From Candidatus Peregrinibacteria bacterium Greene1014_49 (GTDB lineage: Bacteria; Patescibacteriota; Gracilibacteria; Peribacterales; Peribacteraceae), in assembly GCA_007376635.1 (NCBI GenBank), contig VMGQ01000002.1:1-34538 (forward strand): a stretch of 34,538 bases of DNA, given 5' to 3'. The notes beneath the pieces are model-generated. The model was given only the letters and a program-made list of their open reading frames with translations. It was not told where the DNA came from and did not search any database. Position numbers and translations under genes: made by a program. Positions 18,232-27,715 of this stretch are shown here, one piece after another; position 1 is the stretch's first letter, and each line of letters starts with the position of its first letter.

Positions 18232-18576
18232 CTACTCTTCTCCAAATAATAATTGCAGCTTCTGCAGCACCTGCATGAATGCCTCTCGCGGCATCCTCTC
18301 CAAAAACTTCGCCCCACGCGCCAGGAAATCCAGACTCTTCACATGATCCGCGAGAACAACTCCGTGCGTTTTCATTCCGGCTGGCAGAACAACTTCAAAC
18401 GGGTATCCCTTCACATTGCTCGTAATAGGACATGCAAGCATCAACCCAACTTTGGCATTGTATTTCTGTGGAGAAAGCACCACTGCCGGCCGCATGCCTG
18501 CTTGCTCACGTCCACTCTGCGGATGGAACTGGAGCATGACAATATCGCCCTGTGCGGGAATATAGCTCTTCACCAT
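18232..18576 (-). CDS. mazF: MazF/PemK endoribonuclease toxin
   Basis: YIPAQGDIV..F.PQSGREQAG.RPAVVLSP..YN, CPITS..KGYPFEV, LADHVKSLD. Confidence 0.95.
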   Translation of the reverse strand: MVKSYIPAQGDIVMLQFHPQSGREQAGMRPAVVLSPQKYNAKVGLMLACPITSNVKGYPFEVVLPAGMKTHGVVLADHVKSLDFLARGAKFLERMPREAFMQVLQKLQLLFGEE

Positions 18577-18800
18577 ACTTCTTTGCCGCGAACTGCGCCG
18601 GTATTCGTTTCAGGATGAATATTGTTTGTATCGATACGTGCCAGAAGATCATCAAGTGTTTCTTCCTTCGAAAGAACAATGGACTGATCCTGGATATCCA
18701 CGCGGATTTCATCACCTGCATGCATGCCCATATTCATCGCAAAGATCTTCGGAAGGCGGATGCCAAGACTATTACCCCATTTTGTCAGACGGATGCGCAT
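18570..18800 (-). CDS. mazE: MazE/AbrB-family antitoxin
   Basis: KWGNSLGIRLPK, TLDDLLARI...NIHPE, GKEVW; overlaps the mazF start. Confidence 0.93.
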   Translation of the reverse strand: MRIRLTKWGNSLGIRLPKIFAMNMGMHAGDEIRVDIQDQSIVLSKEETLDDLLARIDTNNIHPETNTGAVRGKEVW

Positions 18801-18851
18801 AGGGAAATTATACATTGTATATCCTTAGAAACAAGTGCTTTTTTATTCAGA

Positions 18852-19145
18852 TCAAGCCTTCCGATACGCGTTCTTCCGATGGCGCACGGTGTGACGGCTG
18901 CTACCAAGTTCTTTCATAATCTCTTCTATTGTATAAACCTCTCCCCTCTTCACCTGCGCCCGCGCTTCCGCGATGTCCGCCTTCAGCTGCTCCAATTCCA
19001 GCTCTTTGCGAGTCATCGGAGAGACCCGAAACATCGGCACGGAATGACGCATGACAATGAAATGCACGTTTTTTGTTCGCGCCTCTTTTGTGAGCTTCGT
19101 GAGGTCACGCCGGAACTGCTTGATGCCAATGAGTCTGGTGGTCAT
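18852..19145 (-). CDS. Phd/YefM-like antitoxin
   Basis: IGIKQFRRDL..L......FIVMRHSVP.F.V fold pattern; ADIAEARAQVKRGEVYTIEEI tail. Confidence 0.65.
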   Translation of the reverse strand: MTTRLIGIKQFRRDLTKLTKEARTKNVHFIVMRHSVPMFRVSPMTRKELELEQLKADIAEARAQVKRGEVYTIEEIMKELGSSRHTVRHRKNAYRKA

Positions 19146-19217
19146 AGAAAAAAGTAAAGGTGTAACTATAGTGTACACAATTTATGCCCATAAGAGCAAG
19201 CGTTTGCAAACAAAAAA

Positions 19218-19257
19218 CCCTACGCCCTACACCCGACTTCCCCCTTCCCCCCTCCCT
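19218..19257. repeat. Degenerate 7-mer tandem array after rpmE
   Basis: ccctacg ccctaca cccgact tcccct.. pyrimidine-rich units. Confidence 0.55.
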
Positions 19258-19474
19258 ATTTCTTCACCCCCGTCTTCTCCAATCTTTTCCGGAAGCGTTC
19301 CACGCGTCCTCCACGCGCATCCACTTGTTTCTTTCCTGTGTAGACCGGGTGACAGCCCCGACAGACTTCAATCTGCATTGACTGGACAGTGCTGGGGATT
19401 GCATACACCACCCCGCATGTAGAACACGTGGTCGTTGCATCTTTGAAGACCTGCGGGTGGAGACCTTTTTTCAT
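19256..19474 (-). CDS. rpmE: 50S ribosomal protein L31, Zn-binding type
   Basis: MKKGLHP, CSTC...CRGCHPVYTGK, GRVERF. Confidence 0.95.
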   Translation of the reverse strand: MKKGLHPQVFKDATTTCSTCGVVYAIPSTVQSMQIEVCRGCHPVYTGKKQVDARGGRVERFRKRLEKTGVKK

Positions 19475-19532
19475 AGGATGGGGAGATTGTAGAGAGTATT
19501 GGAACGGGTGCAAGATTTTTGAAGGATTTGTG

Positions 19533-19623
19533 GGTTGGATGGCTGGATGGTTAGAAGTTGGGCTAAAGCGTTTTTGTGCATTCCATTCGCTTTGCGTACC
19601 TAACCATCCTAACCATCCAACAA
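19533..19623. repeat. Inverted pair of short-unit tandem arrays
   Basis: ggttggat ggctggat ggttagaa ... cctaaccat cctaaccat ccaac. Confidence 0.65.
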
Positions 19624-19633
19624 TTTTAGTTAC

Positions 19634-22336
19634 CTATTTCGTCGCCGCCTTCCTTTGCCTCTTCGCCGTCCTCTCCACCTTCGCCTGCTCTTCTTCGAGA
19701 GCCTGCACTTCTTCTTCACGCGTTTCCTCGGCAGCATCGAGAACGGCCTGCTCACTCTCGGGGTCGTGCATGATCACGCTCATGGTGGCGACTTTGTCTT
19801 TTGCATTGAGGCGCATAACGATCACGCCTTGTGTTGCGCGACCGCGCGAGGGGATATCGGAGAGCTGCATGCGAATCGTCTGGCCTTGCTTGGAAATACA
19901 AAGAAGATCGCCGTTTTCGCCCTCTGTGAGGATGCATCCACCGATAATATCACCGGTCTTGGCCGTAAGCTGAGCAGCCTTTACTCCAGTCCCTCCGCGC
20001 CCCTGGAAACGGTATTCCTCAACGAGGGTCATTTTCCCGAGACCATTTTCCATGACGACAAGCAGCCTGCTCGTCTTTGCATTGGTAATGCCTGAAGCCT
20101 CGATGACGATATCGCCCGGCCGGAGCTTGATGCCACGCACGCCAGCGGCAGCTCTGCCCATGTCGCGCACATCATCTTCCTTGAAACGGATCGACATGCC
20201 TTTTTTCGTGAGAATGAGAATCTCGTCTTTGCCGCTCGTAGCAATGACCCAGCAGAGTTCGTCCCCTGGAGGCATGCGTTGTGCTATCAATCCTGAGCGG
20301 CGGATGTTTGCGAATTCCGTGAGATCCGTGCGCTTCACCGTCCCCTTCCGCGTCACCATGAAGAGATGCTTCTTGTCTTCCAGATCGGCTTTGAGAATCG
20401 CGGTGATGCGTTCGTCTGGCTGCAATTGCAGCAAATTCACTATCGCGGAGCCCTTTGCCGTGCGGCTGGCCTGGGGAAGCTCGTAGGCCGGTAATTTGAA
20501 GACGCGGCCGGTATTGGTGAAGCACAGAAGATCATCGTGGTTCATCACGTGCATCAGGGATTGCAGCTCATCGTCCTCCTTGGTCGCCATACCCTTGATC
20601 CCCTTCCCTCCGCGGTGTTGTGCTCGAAATTGCATCGGACTCATGCGCTTCACGTAGCCAGTCAATGTAAGTGCCACGATCATCGGCGCATTCGGAATCG
20701 TGTCTTTTGCCGTAAACTCACCAACAGCGCCTTTGACGACCGTAGTGCGGCGTGCGTCTCCGTACGCAGAACGCACTTCTTGAAGTTCTGTCGTGAGAAT
20801 TTTATCGATCCGCTTTTTGTCCTTGAGGATCGCCTCGCACTCGGCGATGAAGGCTTTCTTCTCTGCAAGTTCCTCTTCAATCTTTTTGCGCTCCAGACCA
20901 GCAAGCGTCTGCAAACGCATCTGGAGAATAGCATCGGCCTGGATCTCACTGAGTTTAAACTTATCGACGAGGTTATCTTTGGCGACTTCTTTGGTCTCAC
21001 TTTTCTTGATGGTTTTAATGACTTCGTCGATGTGATCGAGTGCTTTCTTAAGACCCTCGAGAATGTGCGCGCGCTCCTTGGCTCGATCACGATCGAACGT
21101 AACGCGCCGCGTGATCACCACTCTGCGATGATTGATGAAAATCTGGAGGAGTTCCTGGAGATTTAAGAGACGAGGCTGGAGCCCATCAGCAAGTGCGATC
21201 AAGTTGTAGCCGAAACTGCTTTGGAGCTCCGTGTGCTTGAAAAGCTGGTTTAAGACCTTTTGAGGGTAGGCGTCCTTCTTCAGTTCGATGATGACACGGA
21301 TGCCTTCGCGATCACTTTCATCACGGATATCGGAAATGCCCTGAATGATTTTGTCTGTCGTGAGCTGCGCCATCTTCTCGATCATCGTACTTTTATTCAC
21401 CTGATACGGAATCTCCGAAATACGAATGTGGTAGCGGCCTTTCACTTCTTCAATCTCCGCCTTGCCACGCACAATGATGGATCCACGCCCCGTGAGGTAC
21501 GCCTGCTTGATGACTTCCTTGTCATAGACGATGCCCCCAGTCGGGAAATCCGGTCCCTGCACAAACTGGAGAAGATCTTCAACTCCTGCGTCTGGGTGTT
21601 CGACCAAATGCATCGTTGCATCGACGAGTTCACTAAGATTATGCGGAGGAATATTCGTCGCCATACCCACGGCAATTCCGACAGAGCCATTGAGGAGAAG
21701 ATTCGGGATTTTACTGGGAAGAACCGCGGGTTCTTTGCGGCTTCCATCGTAACTGGGACGAAAAAGCACCGTGTCTTTTTCGATGTCTTGGAGAACTTCA
21801 TCGGCAATCCGCGCCATCTTCACCTCGGTGTAGCGCATCGCGGCAGCATTATCGCCATCAATCGAACCGAAGTTTCCTTGTCCATGTACCAATGGATAAC
21901 GCATCGCGAAATCCTGGGCCATGCGGACGAGGGCTTCGTACACAGGAGAGTCGCCATGCGGGTGGTATTTTCCGAGTACGTCTCCCACCACGGCTGCGGA
22001 CTTCTTATTTTTGGCAGTACTCCGCAGTCCCATCTCATGCATCGCAAAAAGGATGCGTCGGTGAACCGGTTTTAATCCATCGCGGGCATCCGGAAGAGCA
22101 CGAGCGACGATGACCGACATCGCGTAATCGAGGTAACTCTCCTCCATTTCCGCAACAATCGGCCTCGGCGCAATACGGCCGATGGTGCCGAGAGACTCTC
22201 CAAGTGATAGCTGGATGGACTGCTCTTTTGTGGAAGCAGCTTCAGCTTTGGGCTCGGGCGTTAGGTCTGGAGTCGGCGGAACCGGCTCAGAATCACGCGG
22301 AGGCTTCTTCTTTGGGGGATCTTTTTTCTTGGGCAT
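19634..22336 (-). CDS. gyrA: DNA gyrase subunit A
   Basis: [29 protein letters not shown] catalytic Tyr, GyrA-box QHRGGKG. Confidence 0.97.
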   Translation of the reverse strand: MPKKKDPPKKKPPRDSEPVPPTPDLTPEPKAEAASTKEQSIQLSLGESLGTIGRIAPRPIVAEMEESYLDYAMSVIVARALPDARDGLKPVHRRILFAMHEMGLRSTAKNKKSAAVVGDVLGKYHPHGDSPVYEALVRMAQDFAMRYPLVHGQGNFGSIDGDNAAAMRYTEVKMARIADEVLQDIEKDTVLFRPSYDGSRKEPAVLPSKIPNLLLNGSVGIAVGMATNIPPHNLSELVDATMHLVEHPDAGVEDLLQFVQGPDFPTGGIVYDKEVIKQAYLTGRGSIIVRGKAEIEEVKGRYHIRISEIPYQVNKSTMIEKMAQLTTDKIIQGISDIRDESDREGIRVIIELKKDAYPQKVLNQLFKHTELQSSFGYNLIALADGLQPRLLNLQELLQIFINHRRVVITRRVTFDRDRAKERAHILEGLKKALDHIDEVIKTIKKSETKEVAKDNLVDKFKLSEIQADAILQMRLQTLAGLERKKIEEELAEKKAFIAECEAILKDKKRIDKILTTELQEVRSAYGDARRTTVVKGAVGEFTAKDTIPNAPMIVALTLTGYVKRMSPMQFRAQHRGGKGIKGMATKEDDELQSLMHVMNHDDLLCFTNTGRVFKLPAYELPQASRTAKGSAIVNLLQLQPDERITAILKADLEDKKHLFMVTRKGTVKRTDLTEFANIRRSGLIAQRMPPGDELCWVIATSGKDEILILTKKGMSIRFKEDDVRDMGRAAAGVRGIKLRPGDIVIEASGITNAKTSRLLVVMENGLGKMTLVEEYRFQGRGGTGVKAAQLTAKTGDIIGGCILTEGENGDLLCISKQGQTIRMQLSDIPSRGRATQGVIVMRLNAKDKVATMSVIMHDPESEQAVLDAAEETREEEVQALEEEQAKVERTAKRQRKAATK

Positions 22337-22422
22337 CGGTAAGCGAAAGGGAATGGTCCGCAAGCGAACCGTCAAAGGGAATGATAGCGGATTTTCAACG
22401 AAAACAAAGTTTTTGAGAGCCA

Positions 22423-22462
22423 GCTACCGTAGCGGAGAGCCACGGCTCTCCGCTACGGTAGC
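22423..22462. repeat. Perfect 19-bp inverted repeat
   Basis: GCTACCGTAGCGGAGAGCC-AC-GGCTCTCCGCTACGGTAGC. Confidence 0.95.
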
Positions 22463-22467
22463 GATAC

Positions 22468-23142
22468 ATGCTTTCCATAGTCTCCACCCCTATAGGAAAT
22501 CTCGGCGATATCACACTCCGAGCCTTAGAAACGCTCAAAACATGCGATGCGATTGTTTGTGAAGATACGAGAGTGACAGGCCAGTTGCTGAAATTACTCA
22601 ATCTTCCGAAGAAGACACTCATCAGCTGCCACGGGTATAGCGACGAAGGAAAAGTAGCAATGATCCTGGAGCGCCTAAAGAGCGGGCAACATCTGGTACT
22701 GGTATCCGATGCAGGGACTCCCGGAATTTCCGATCCTGGATATGCAATCGTCTCGCGTGCGCGTGAGAACAATATTCCCATGCAAGCGATTCCCGGCCCT
22801 GCTGCTTTTCTCGCAGCACTTTCCGCCTCAGGACTTCCGATCAATCAATTTGTATACCTCGGATTCCTGCCCCTTAAAAAAGGACGACAGACACTGCTGA
22901 AAACATTTATCGAGGAAGAACGGACGATCGTCTTTTATGAATCGGTGCATCGCATCGAAAAAACTCTGAAGGAATTGGCAGAAGTGCTGAAAGAACAACC
23001 AGAACGACCGGTCGTTATTGCAAGGGAATTAACGAAGATGCATGAAATGGTGGTGGTGACGACTGTTGAAAAGCTTCCTACCGTTGCAGAAAGCATAGTA
23101 AAGAAGGGAGAGTTTGTGGTGGTGGTAGGGGCTACACGATGA
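22468..23142 (+). CDS. rsmI: 16S rRNA (cytidine1402-2'-O)-methyltransferase
   Basis: TPIGNLGDITLRA, CEDTR, VSDAGTPGISDPG, FYES.HR, ARELTK.HE. Confidence 0.96.
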   Translation: MLSIVSTPIGNLGDITLRALETLKTCDAIVCEDTRVTGQLLKLLNLPKKTLISCHGYSDEGKVAMILERLKSGQHLVLVSDAGTPGISDPGYAIVSRARENNIPMQAIPGPAAFLAALSASGLPINQFVYLGFLPLKKGRQTLLKTFIEEERTIVFYESVHRIEKTLKELAEVLKEQPERPVVIARELTKMHEMVVVTTVEKLPTVAESIVKKGEFVVVVGATR

Positions 23143-23290
23143 CTCCTCCATCCCCCCGACCCCTTCCTCCACGGGAGGAAGGGGAGCTCTTCTTCACGAG
23201 TGAACAAGCAGAATTTTTCCCTGTGGCATGCAAACAACACACAACAAACATTCCCCTCCTCCCGTGGAGGAGGGGGTAGGGGTGGAGGGG
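23142..23290. repeat. Inverted-repeat element, copy 3 (opposite orientation to copies 1-2)
   Basis: ACTCCTCCATCCCCCCGACCCCTTCCTCCACGGGAGGAAGGGG ... CCCCTCCTCCCGTGGAGGAGGGGGTAGGGGTGGAGGGG. Confidence 0.9.
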
Positions 23291-23316
23291 AAAATAATGA
23301 AGAGGAATGAACCGCC

Positions 23317-24609
23317 CTACGGCAACACCCCCACTGGATCGACATTCACTCCATTCTGTATCACTTCAAAGTGCAAATGCGCCCCGCTCGTCATCTGCCC
23401 CGCACCGTACGATCCCGGCTCGCCGCCGCTAAAGCCGATCGTTTGTCCTGCCGCGACTTCCTCTCCCGCTGTCACCGCAAATCCCGAGAGATGTCCGTAG
23501 ATCGTTGCAAAGCCGCCACGATGACCTAGAAGAATATAGCTGTAACCAGTCTCTCCACCGTCACGCACGAGAAAGACAATGCCATCGGCTGCTGCTCGCA
23601 CGAGAGTGCGCATGGGAACCACGATATCCATCCCGAGATGTGGCACACCAAAATACTTTTCATAGTTGGGCGCGCGGAATCCCGCAGAGATTCTCCCAAT
23701 GACGGGCCACAAAAATCCGAGAGTGGATGCCGGAAGCTTGCCATCGGCATGTGCGTCCGGGCGCGCATCCATGAGACCTTTTTCGATCAACGCACGTTCG
23801 GCTTTGCGCTGAAGCCGGGCATCGATACGTGCGAGTTCGCTTTGTAATCGTAATACTTCGCTATGGACATCGGCCATCACACGCTTATTCATGGCAATTT
23901 CCGCCTCACTCGCGCGTGCCGTCATCGTCGCACGTTCGTATATCGTCACGTTCTTGAGGTATTGCTGTGAAAGCGCTTCATGCTCCTCTTCGAGTGCTGC
24001 GAGATGCTCTGAAACCTCCTGCCCATTGACGAAAAATGCATACAGCCGTGCTCGAGCCGTGAGGAGACTTCTCCCTTCCCTACGATGTTGTAGCGGAGAT
24101 CCGAGCACGAGAGCTCTGCGCATGCGCTCACGAAGAGAACCCTGGTGACCGGTAAACATGCCGCGCGCACTCAAGTAACGGACAAATGCGCTGAGTGCAT
24201 TGCGTTCCTTCTCCACGCTCGCAGCAGCATGCGCAGGATCTTTCAGATCAATATGGTAACGGCTCTTCGCATCAGCAACAACTTCTCGCAAGGCGGCAAT
24301 TTCCAGTCGAATATTTTTGCGCTCCGCGCCGATGCGTACAATTTCTGCTGCACTTTTTTCCGCCACTTCTTCGCCGTTGCGCTGGCGCGCGCGCAGACCT
24401 GTACTGATGCGATACCGCTGCGATGCATTCTGAAGCACATCCTGCAAAGAAATTTCGAGCATTTCCCTGTCGGCTGCACCGGTCAGGTGTTGTGTGGCAA
24501 CGGGGATTGCTGCAATCGAAGCGAACGCCACAGCAACGATCCATGCCTGTGTGAAGCGCTTGCCACGTGCCATTCGCGAACGCCGTGGCTTGCGGGAAGA
24601 AGTGTGCAT
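23317..24609 (-). CDS. M23 peptidase with coiled-coil (EnvC/NlpD-like)
   Basis: N-terminal hydrophobic segment, coiled-coil, HLGMD, YGHL, GAHLHFEV. Confidence 0.9.
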   Translation of the reverse strand: MHTSSRKPRRSRMARGKRFTQAWIVAVAFASIAAIPVATQHLTGAADREMLEISLQDVLQNASQRYRISTGLRARQRNGEEVAEKSAAEIVRIGAERKNIRLEIAALREVVADAKSRYHIDLKDPAHAAASVEKERNALSAFVRYLSARGMFTGHQGSLRERMRRALVLGSPLQHRREGRSLLTARARLYAFFVNGQEVSEHLAALEEEHEALSQQYLKNVTIYERATMTARASEAEIAMNKRVMADVHSEVLRLQSELARIDARLQRKAERALIEKGLMDARPDAHADGKLPASTLGFLWPVIGRISAGFRAPNYEKYFGVPHLGMDIVVPMRTLVRAAADGIVFLVRDGGETGYSYILLGHRGGFATIYGHLSGFAVTAGEEVAAGQTIGFSGGEPGSYGAGQMTSGAHLHFEVIQNGVNVDPVGVLP

Positions 24610-24643
24610 TTCTAAGTAGTATAGCGGAAATTGCAGGAGTTTT

Positions 24644-24790
24644 CACCTCCATCCCCCGACCCCTTCCTCCACGGGAGGAAGGGGAGCTCTGTTTCTAGAG
24701 TGAATGAGCACATGTTTCCTTATTGCATGCATACAACAAAAAACACACATTCCCCTCCTCCCGTGGAGGAGGGATTAGGGGTGGAGGAGT
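24644..24790. repeat. Inverted-repeat element, copy 4
   Basis: Same arms and ATGCA..CAACA..ACA core as copy 3. Confidence 0.9.
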
Positions 24791-24807
24791 TCCTGTATAC
24801 TCCCCTC

Positions 24808-25389
24808 ATGATCTCCTCCCTCCGCGGCGTTATCCACAAAGGTCCCATCGGCGAAGTGACCGTGGACATCTCGGGTGTGGGCTACCGCGTCAAAGTTCCG
24901 CTCGATACATGGGAGATGCTTCAAGAAGGTGATCAACGATTGCTATGGATCAGCACCTACGTCCGAGAAGACCGGCTCGATCTCTATGGATTTCCGGAGG
25001 CTGCAGGGAGACTATTTTTTGAAGAGCTGATCAATATGCAGGGCATCGGGCCACGACTGGGACTGGAATTGTGCGCGGTGCCGAAGGATCTGCTGACGCA
25101 GGCGATCCGTGAGGAAGATGCATCGATCCTCCAGAGCATCAAAGGGATCGGGAGAAAGACCGCCGAGAAACTTTTGCTCGAACTCAAATCCCTCGCAGAG
25201 AAGCAATCTGATCTTTTCCGTCCTGCAATGAAGGGTGGCGATATGGGAGGGCAATACGACCAAGATGCGGTCGAAGCCTTGAAGAGTCTCGGGTACGACA
25301 CCTCAACCGTGCTGGATACGTTGAAGAAACTTCCGAAAGACTTGAAGACGACGGAGGAGCGGGTGACCGCGGCATTGCGGGCGTTATGA
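24808..25389 (+). CDS. ruvA: Holliday junction branch migration protein RuvA
   Basis: MISSLRG, GVGY, VRED..LYGF, GIGPR, GIGRKTAEK, DAVEALKSLGY. Confidence 0.95.
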   Translation: MISSLRGVIHKGPIGEVTVDISGVGYRVKVPLDTWEMLQEGDQRLLWISTYVREDRLDLYGFPEAAGRLFFEELINMQGIGPRLGLELCAVPKDLLTQAIREEDASILQSIKGIGRKTAEKLLLELKSLAEKQSDLFRPAMKGGDMGGQYDQDAVEALKSLGYDTSTVLDTLKKLPKDLKTTEERVTAALRAL

Positions 25390-25391
25390 TC

Positions 25392-25485
25392 GGATACCGG
25401 TTATCGGAATAACGGAATACCGGAGCAAGCATTGTCTGAAGTTTTTTCTGTTATTCCGATATCCCGTTATTCCGATACCCGAATA
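25392..25485. repeat. Inverted pair of 8-mer tandem arrays
   Basis: cggaataa cggaatac ... ttattccg atatcccg ttattccg atacccg. Confidence 0.75.
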
Positions 25486-25550
25486 ATGTGGCTCTTTTTT
25501 TAGGGAAAACCCGGCAAAGAGAGTACGATCACGACGATTTTCCTCTCCAA

Positions 25551-25784
25551 ATGCAAAAAAAGCACGAGACCTGCCTCGTACGAGGCTGCGGCAAAGCAAC
25601 GAACGGTAAGCAGCACTGTGCACTACACATCAGCCCAGAGCAGCGCAGAAAGCTCCCGAGTGCCATGACTAAAACTATCCGTTCCGCTTGTTGCTCTGTT
25701 ACGTGCATTAGTGGAGAAGGACATGAAAACGGCGAACAGTACTGTACAAAGTGTAAGCAGCCCTGTTGCTGGAAAGCGGCATAA
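25551..25784 (+). CDS. Small Cys-rich, probably metal-binding protein (alternative start 25665)
   Basis: 77 aa with 10 Cys: CLVRGC..HC..H and CC..C..CTKCKQPCC. Confidence 0.5.
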   Translation: MQKKHETCLVRGCGKATNGKQHCALHISPEQRRKLPSAMTKTIRSACCSVTCISGEGHENGEQYCTKCKQPCCWKAA

Positions 25785-25789
25785 AGAGA

Positions 25790-25908
25790 GTTTTTGGGTT
25801 GAGTGAGTTTGTTGGGTTTTTTGGGTTTACCTAGTAAACGGCATTGATGCATGTATAGATGCAACCCAATAAACCCAAACAACCTAACAAACCCAATACA
25901 CTCACAAC
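25790..25908. repeat. Inverted pair of 9-mer tandem arrays
   Basis: gtttttggg/gtttgttgg units facing aacccaata/aacccaaac/aacctaaca units. Confidence 0.75.
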
Positions 25909-25951
25909 CACTCTTCCACTCGCACGCCCTCTCTCGTACCATAGAAGCTCC

Positions 25952-27238
25952 ATGCTCCACCTCGATATCTCCGCAGCGCTGGCCAAAGCCATTACACCCT
26001 CGCGGGGAATTCCTGATCAAGAACTTTCGACGCTTCGCACCGGCATGCGACGCTACGTGGATGACTTTCTAAAGGAACGAGCCAAGGGAGAGCATGCATG
26101 GTCGATGGATCCCTACGACCGCGCGTCCAGCGAAGCGGTGCGCGAAATTTCGATGCGGGTTCGCGCGGACAGAATCAAAACCATCGTCTGGATCGGCATC
26201 GGCGGCTCGGGGCTTGGTCCACGCGTGATCCAAGATGTGTTTGAAGGACCTGAGACTGTGGAATTCATCGTGATCGATACTATCGATCCTGCCATTCTCA
26301 ACATGTACAAAAATCTCGTCGACTGGCGCACAGCGATGGTCGTGGTCGTCAGTAAATCCGGCGGAACGCTCGAAACCATGAGTGCGTTCTTCCTATTTTG
26401 GAACGAGTTGAAGGAAGCTATGAAAGAACGAGCAGCCGAACGCGTGATTGCGATCACGGATCCGCATGCAGGATCTCTCAGGAGCTTCTGCCTCGAACGC
26501 GCCATTCAAATGCTCCCGATCCCCCCGGGAGTCGGCGGACGTTTTTGTATCTTTACCCCCGTAGGACTTTTACCGATGGCACTGCTTGGCGGGGACACAA
26601 CGCAATTCCTTCGTGGCGCCAAAGAGATGGACACCACCTGCCAGGGATCGGTACTCGAGGAAAATCCCGCCGCCATGCTCGCCGCCATGCAATACCTGCT
26701 CGATGTGAAGCGTGGCTACCCGCTCCGCGTGATCATGCCGTATTCGTCACGCTTGGAGCAGTTTGCGCGGTGGGATCAGCAACTGATAGCCGAAAGCCTC
26801 GGGAAAACCGAAACCCATAATCCCATTCCCATAGCCGCAATCGGAACGCAAGATCAACATTCGCTTCTCCAACAATGGATGGCAGGCCCTCGTATGGCAT
26901 GGCATCTCTTTATTCGCGAAGAGGAGAAAGTCCGTCTCACGATCCCAGATGATGTGGAGAATGCATTCAGTTATCTCGCCGGAAAGACCTTCGGTCAGCT
27001 GCTTGATGCCTGCTACGAAGGCACCAGCCGCGCGCTCATCGGCGGCAAGCGGCCATGCATAACCATTACCCTTCCGCGCTTGGATGCTTTCCACCTCGGC
27101 CAGCTCTTCTTCCTGCTCATGACCGAAGTTGTCCTCCTCGGAAAGCTCTATCGGATTGATCCGTACGGGCAGCCGGCGGTAGAAGTGGGGAAGAAGATTA
27201 CAAAGGAGATATTGAGTAGAGGGAGGACGGAATCGTGA
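25952..27238 (+). CDS. pgi: Glucose-6-phosphate isomerase
   Basis: IGIGGSGLG, SKSGGTLET, VGGRF, QQLIAESLGK, GTQDQHS, QPAVEVGK. Confidence 0.95.
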   Translation: MLHLDISAALAKAITPSRGIPDQELSTLRTGMRRYVDDFLKERAKGEHAWSMDPYDRASSEAVREISMRVRADRIKTIVWIGIGGSGLGPRVIQDVFEGPETVEFIVIDTIDPAILNMYKNLVDWRTAMVVVVSKSGGTLETMSAFFLFWNELKEAMKERAAERVIAITDPHAGSLRSFCLERAIQMLPIPPGVGGRFCIFTPVGLLPMALLGGDTTQFLRGAKEMDTTCQGSVLEENPAAMLAAMQYLLDVKRGYPLRVIMPYSSRLEQFARWDQQLIAESLGKTETHNPIPIAAIGTQDQHSLLQQWMAGPRMAWHLFIREEEKVRLTIPDDVENAFSYLAGKTFGQLLDACYEGTSRALIGGKRPCITITLPRLDAFHLGQLFFLLMTEVVLLGKLYRIDPYGQPAVEVGKKITKEILSRGRTES

Positions 27239-27298
27239 GTGGGGAAATCGTGAGATCATCGCCCGACCTACGATCTCACTACCTCACGATCTCACGAT
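27232..27298. repeat. Inverted pair of 8-mer tandem arrays
   Basis: atcgtgag ... atcgtgag facing ctacgat ctcactac ctcacgat ctcacgat. Confidence 0.7.
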
Positions 27299-27333
27299 GT
27301 TCTATACTCCCCTCACAGTTTCCATCCTTAGCC

Positions 27334-27651
27334 ATGCCCTCCCCCATCTCCGACGCCGACTTTCCGAAAGAAGTTTTGGAATCCCCTATCCCCGTCCTTG
27401 TGGATTTCTGGGCTCCCTGGTGCGGCCCATGCAAAGCGATGCTTCCGATCATCGAAGAGCTCGACAAAGAATATGCAGGCAAAGTAAAATTCGTGAAAAT
27501 CAACGTCGATGAAAATATCGACATTCCGGGAAAGTTCAATGTCATGAGTATTCCCACCTTCGTCCTCTTCAAAGGCGGCCAGCCAGTCTCCACGTTTATC
27601 GGAGGGAGAACAAAAGAGGATGTAATAAAGGAACTGGATAAAGTTCTCTGA
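27334..27651 (+). CDS. trxA: Thioredoxin
   Basis: VDFWAPWCGPC, SIPT. Confidence 0.97.
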   Translation: MPSPISDADFPKEVLESPIPVLVDFWAPWCGPCKAMLPIIEELDKEYAGKVKFVKINVDENIDIPGKFNVMSIPTFVLFKGGQPVSTFIGGRTKEDVIKELDKVL

Positions 27652-27655
27652 TCAT

Positions 27656-27702
27656 CCTTCCTGCCTTTCCTGCCTTTCCTGCCTTTCCTGCACTTTCTGC
27701 CT
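27656..27702. repeat. 9-mer (CCTTTCCTG) tandem array
   Basis: ccttcctg cctttcctg cctttcctg cctttcctg cactttctg. Confidence 0.8.
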
Positions 27703-27715
27703 TTTCTCCCCTCTT

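Noticed and set aside
24631-27333. Long N-terminal extensions of ruvA, pgi and trxA given by the ORF track
   Set aside because: They are translations of intergenic repeats; the family-consistent starts are 24808, 25952 and 27334
25392-27702. CRISPR array
   Set aside because: Repeat units are 7-9 nt with no unique spacers, and no cas genes are present
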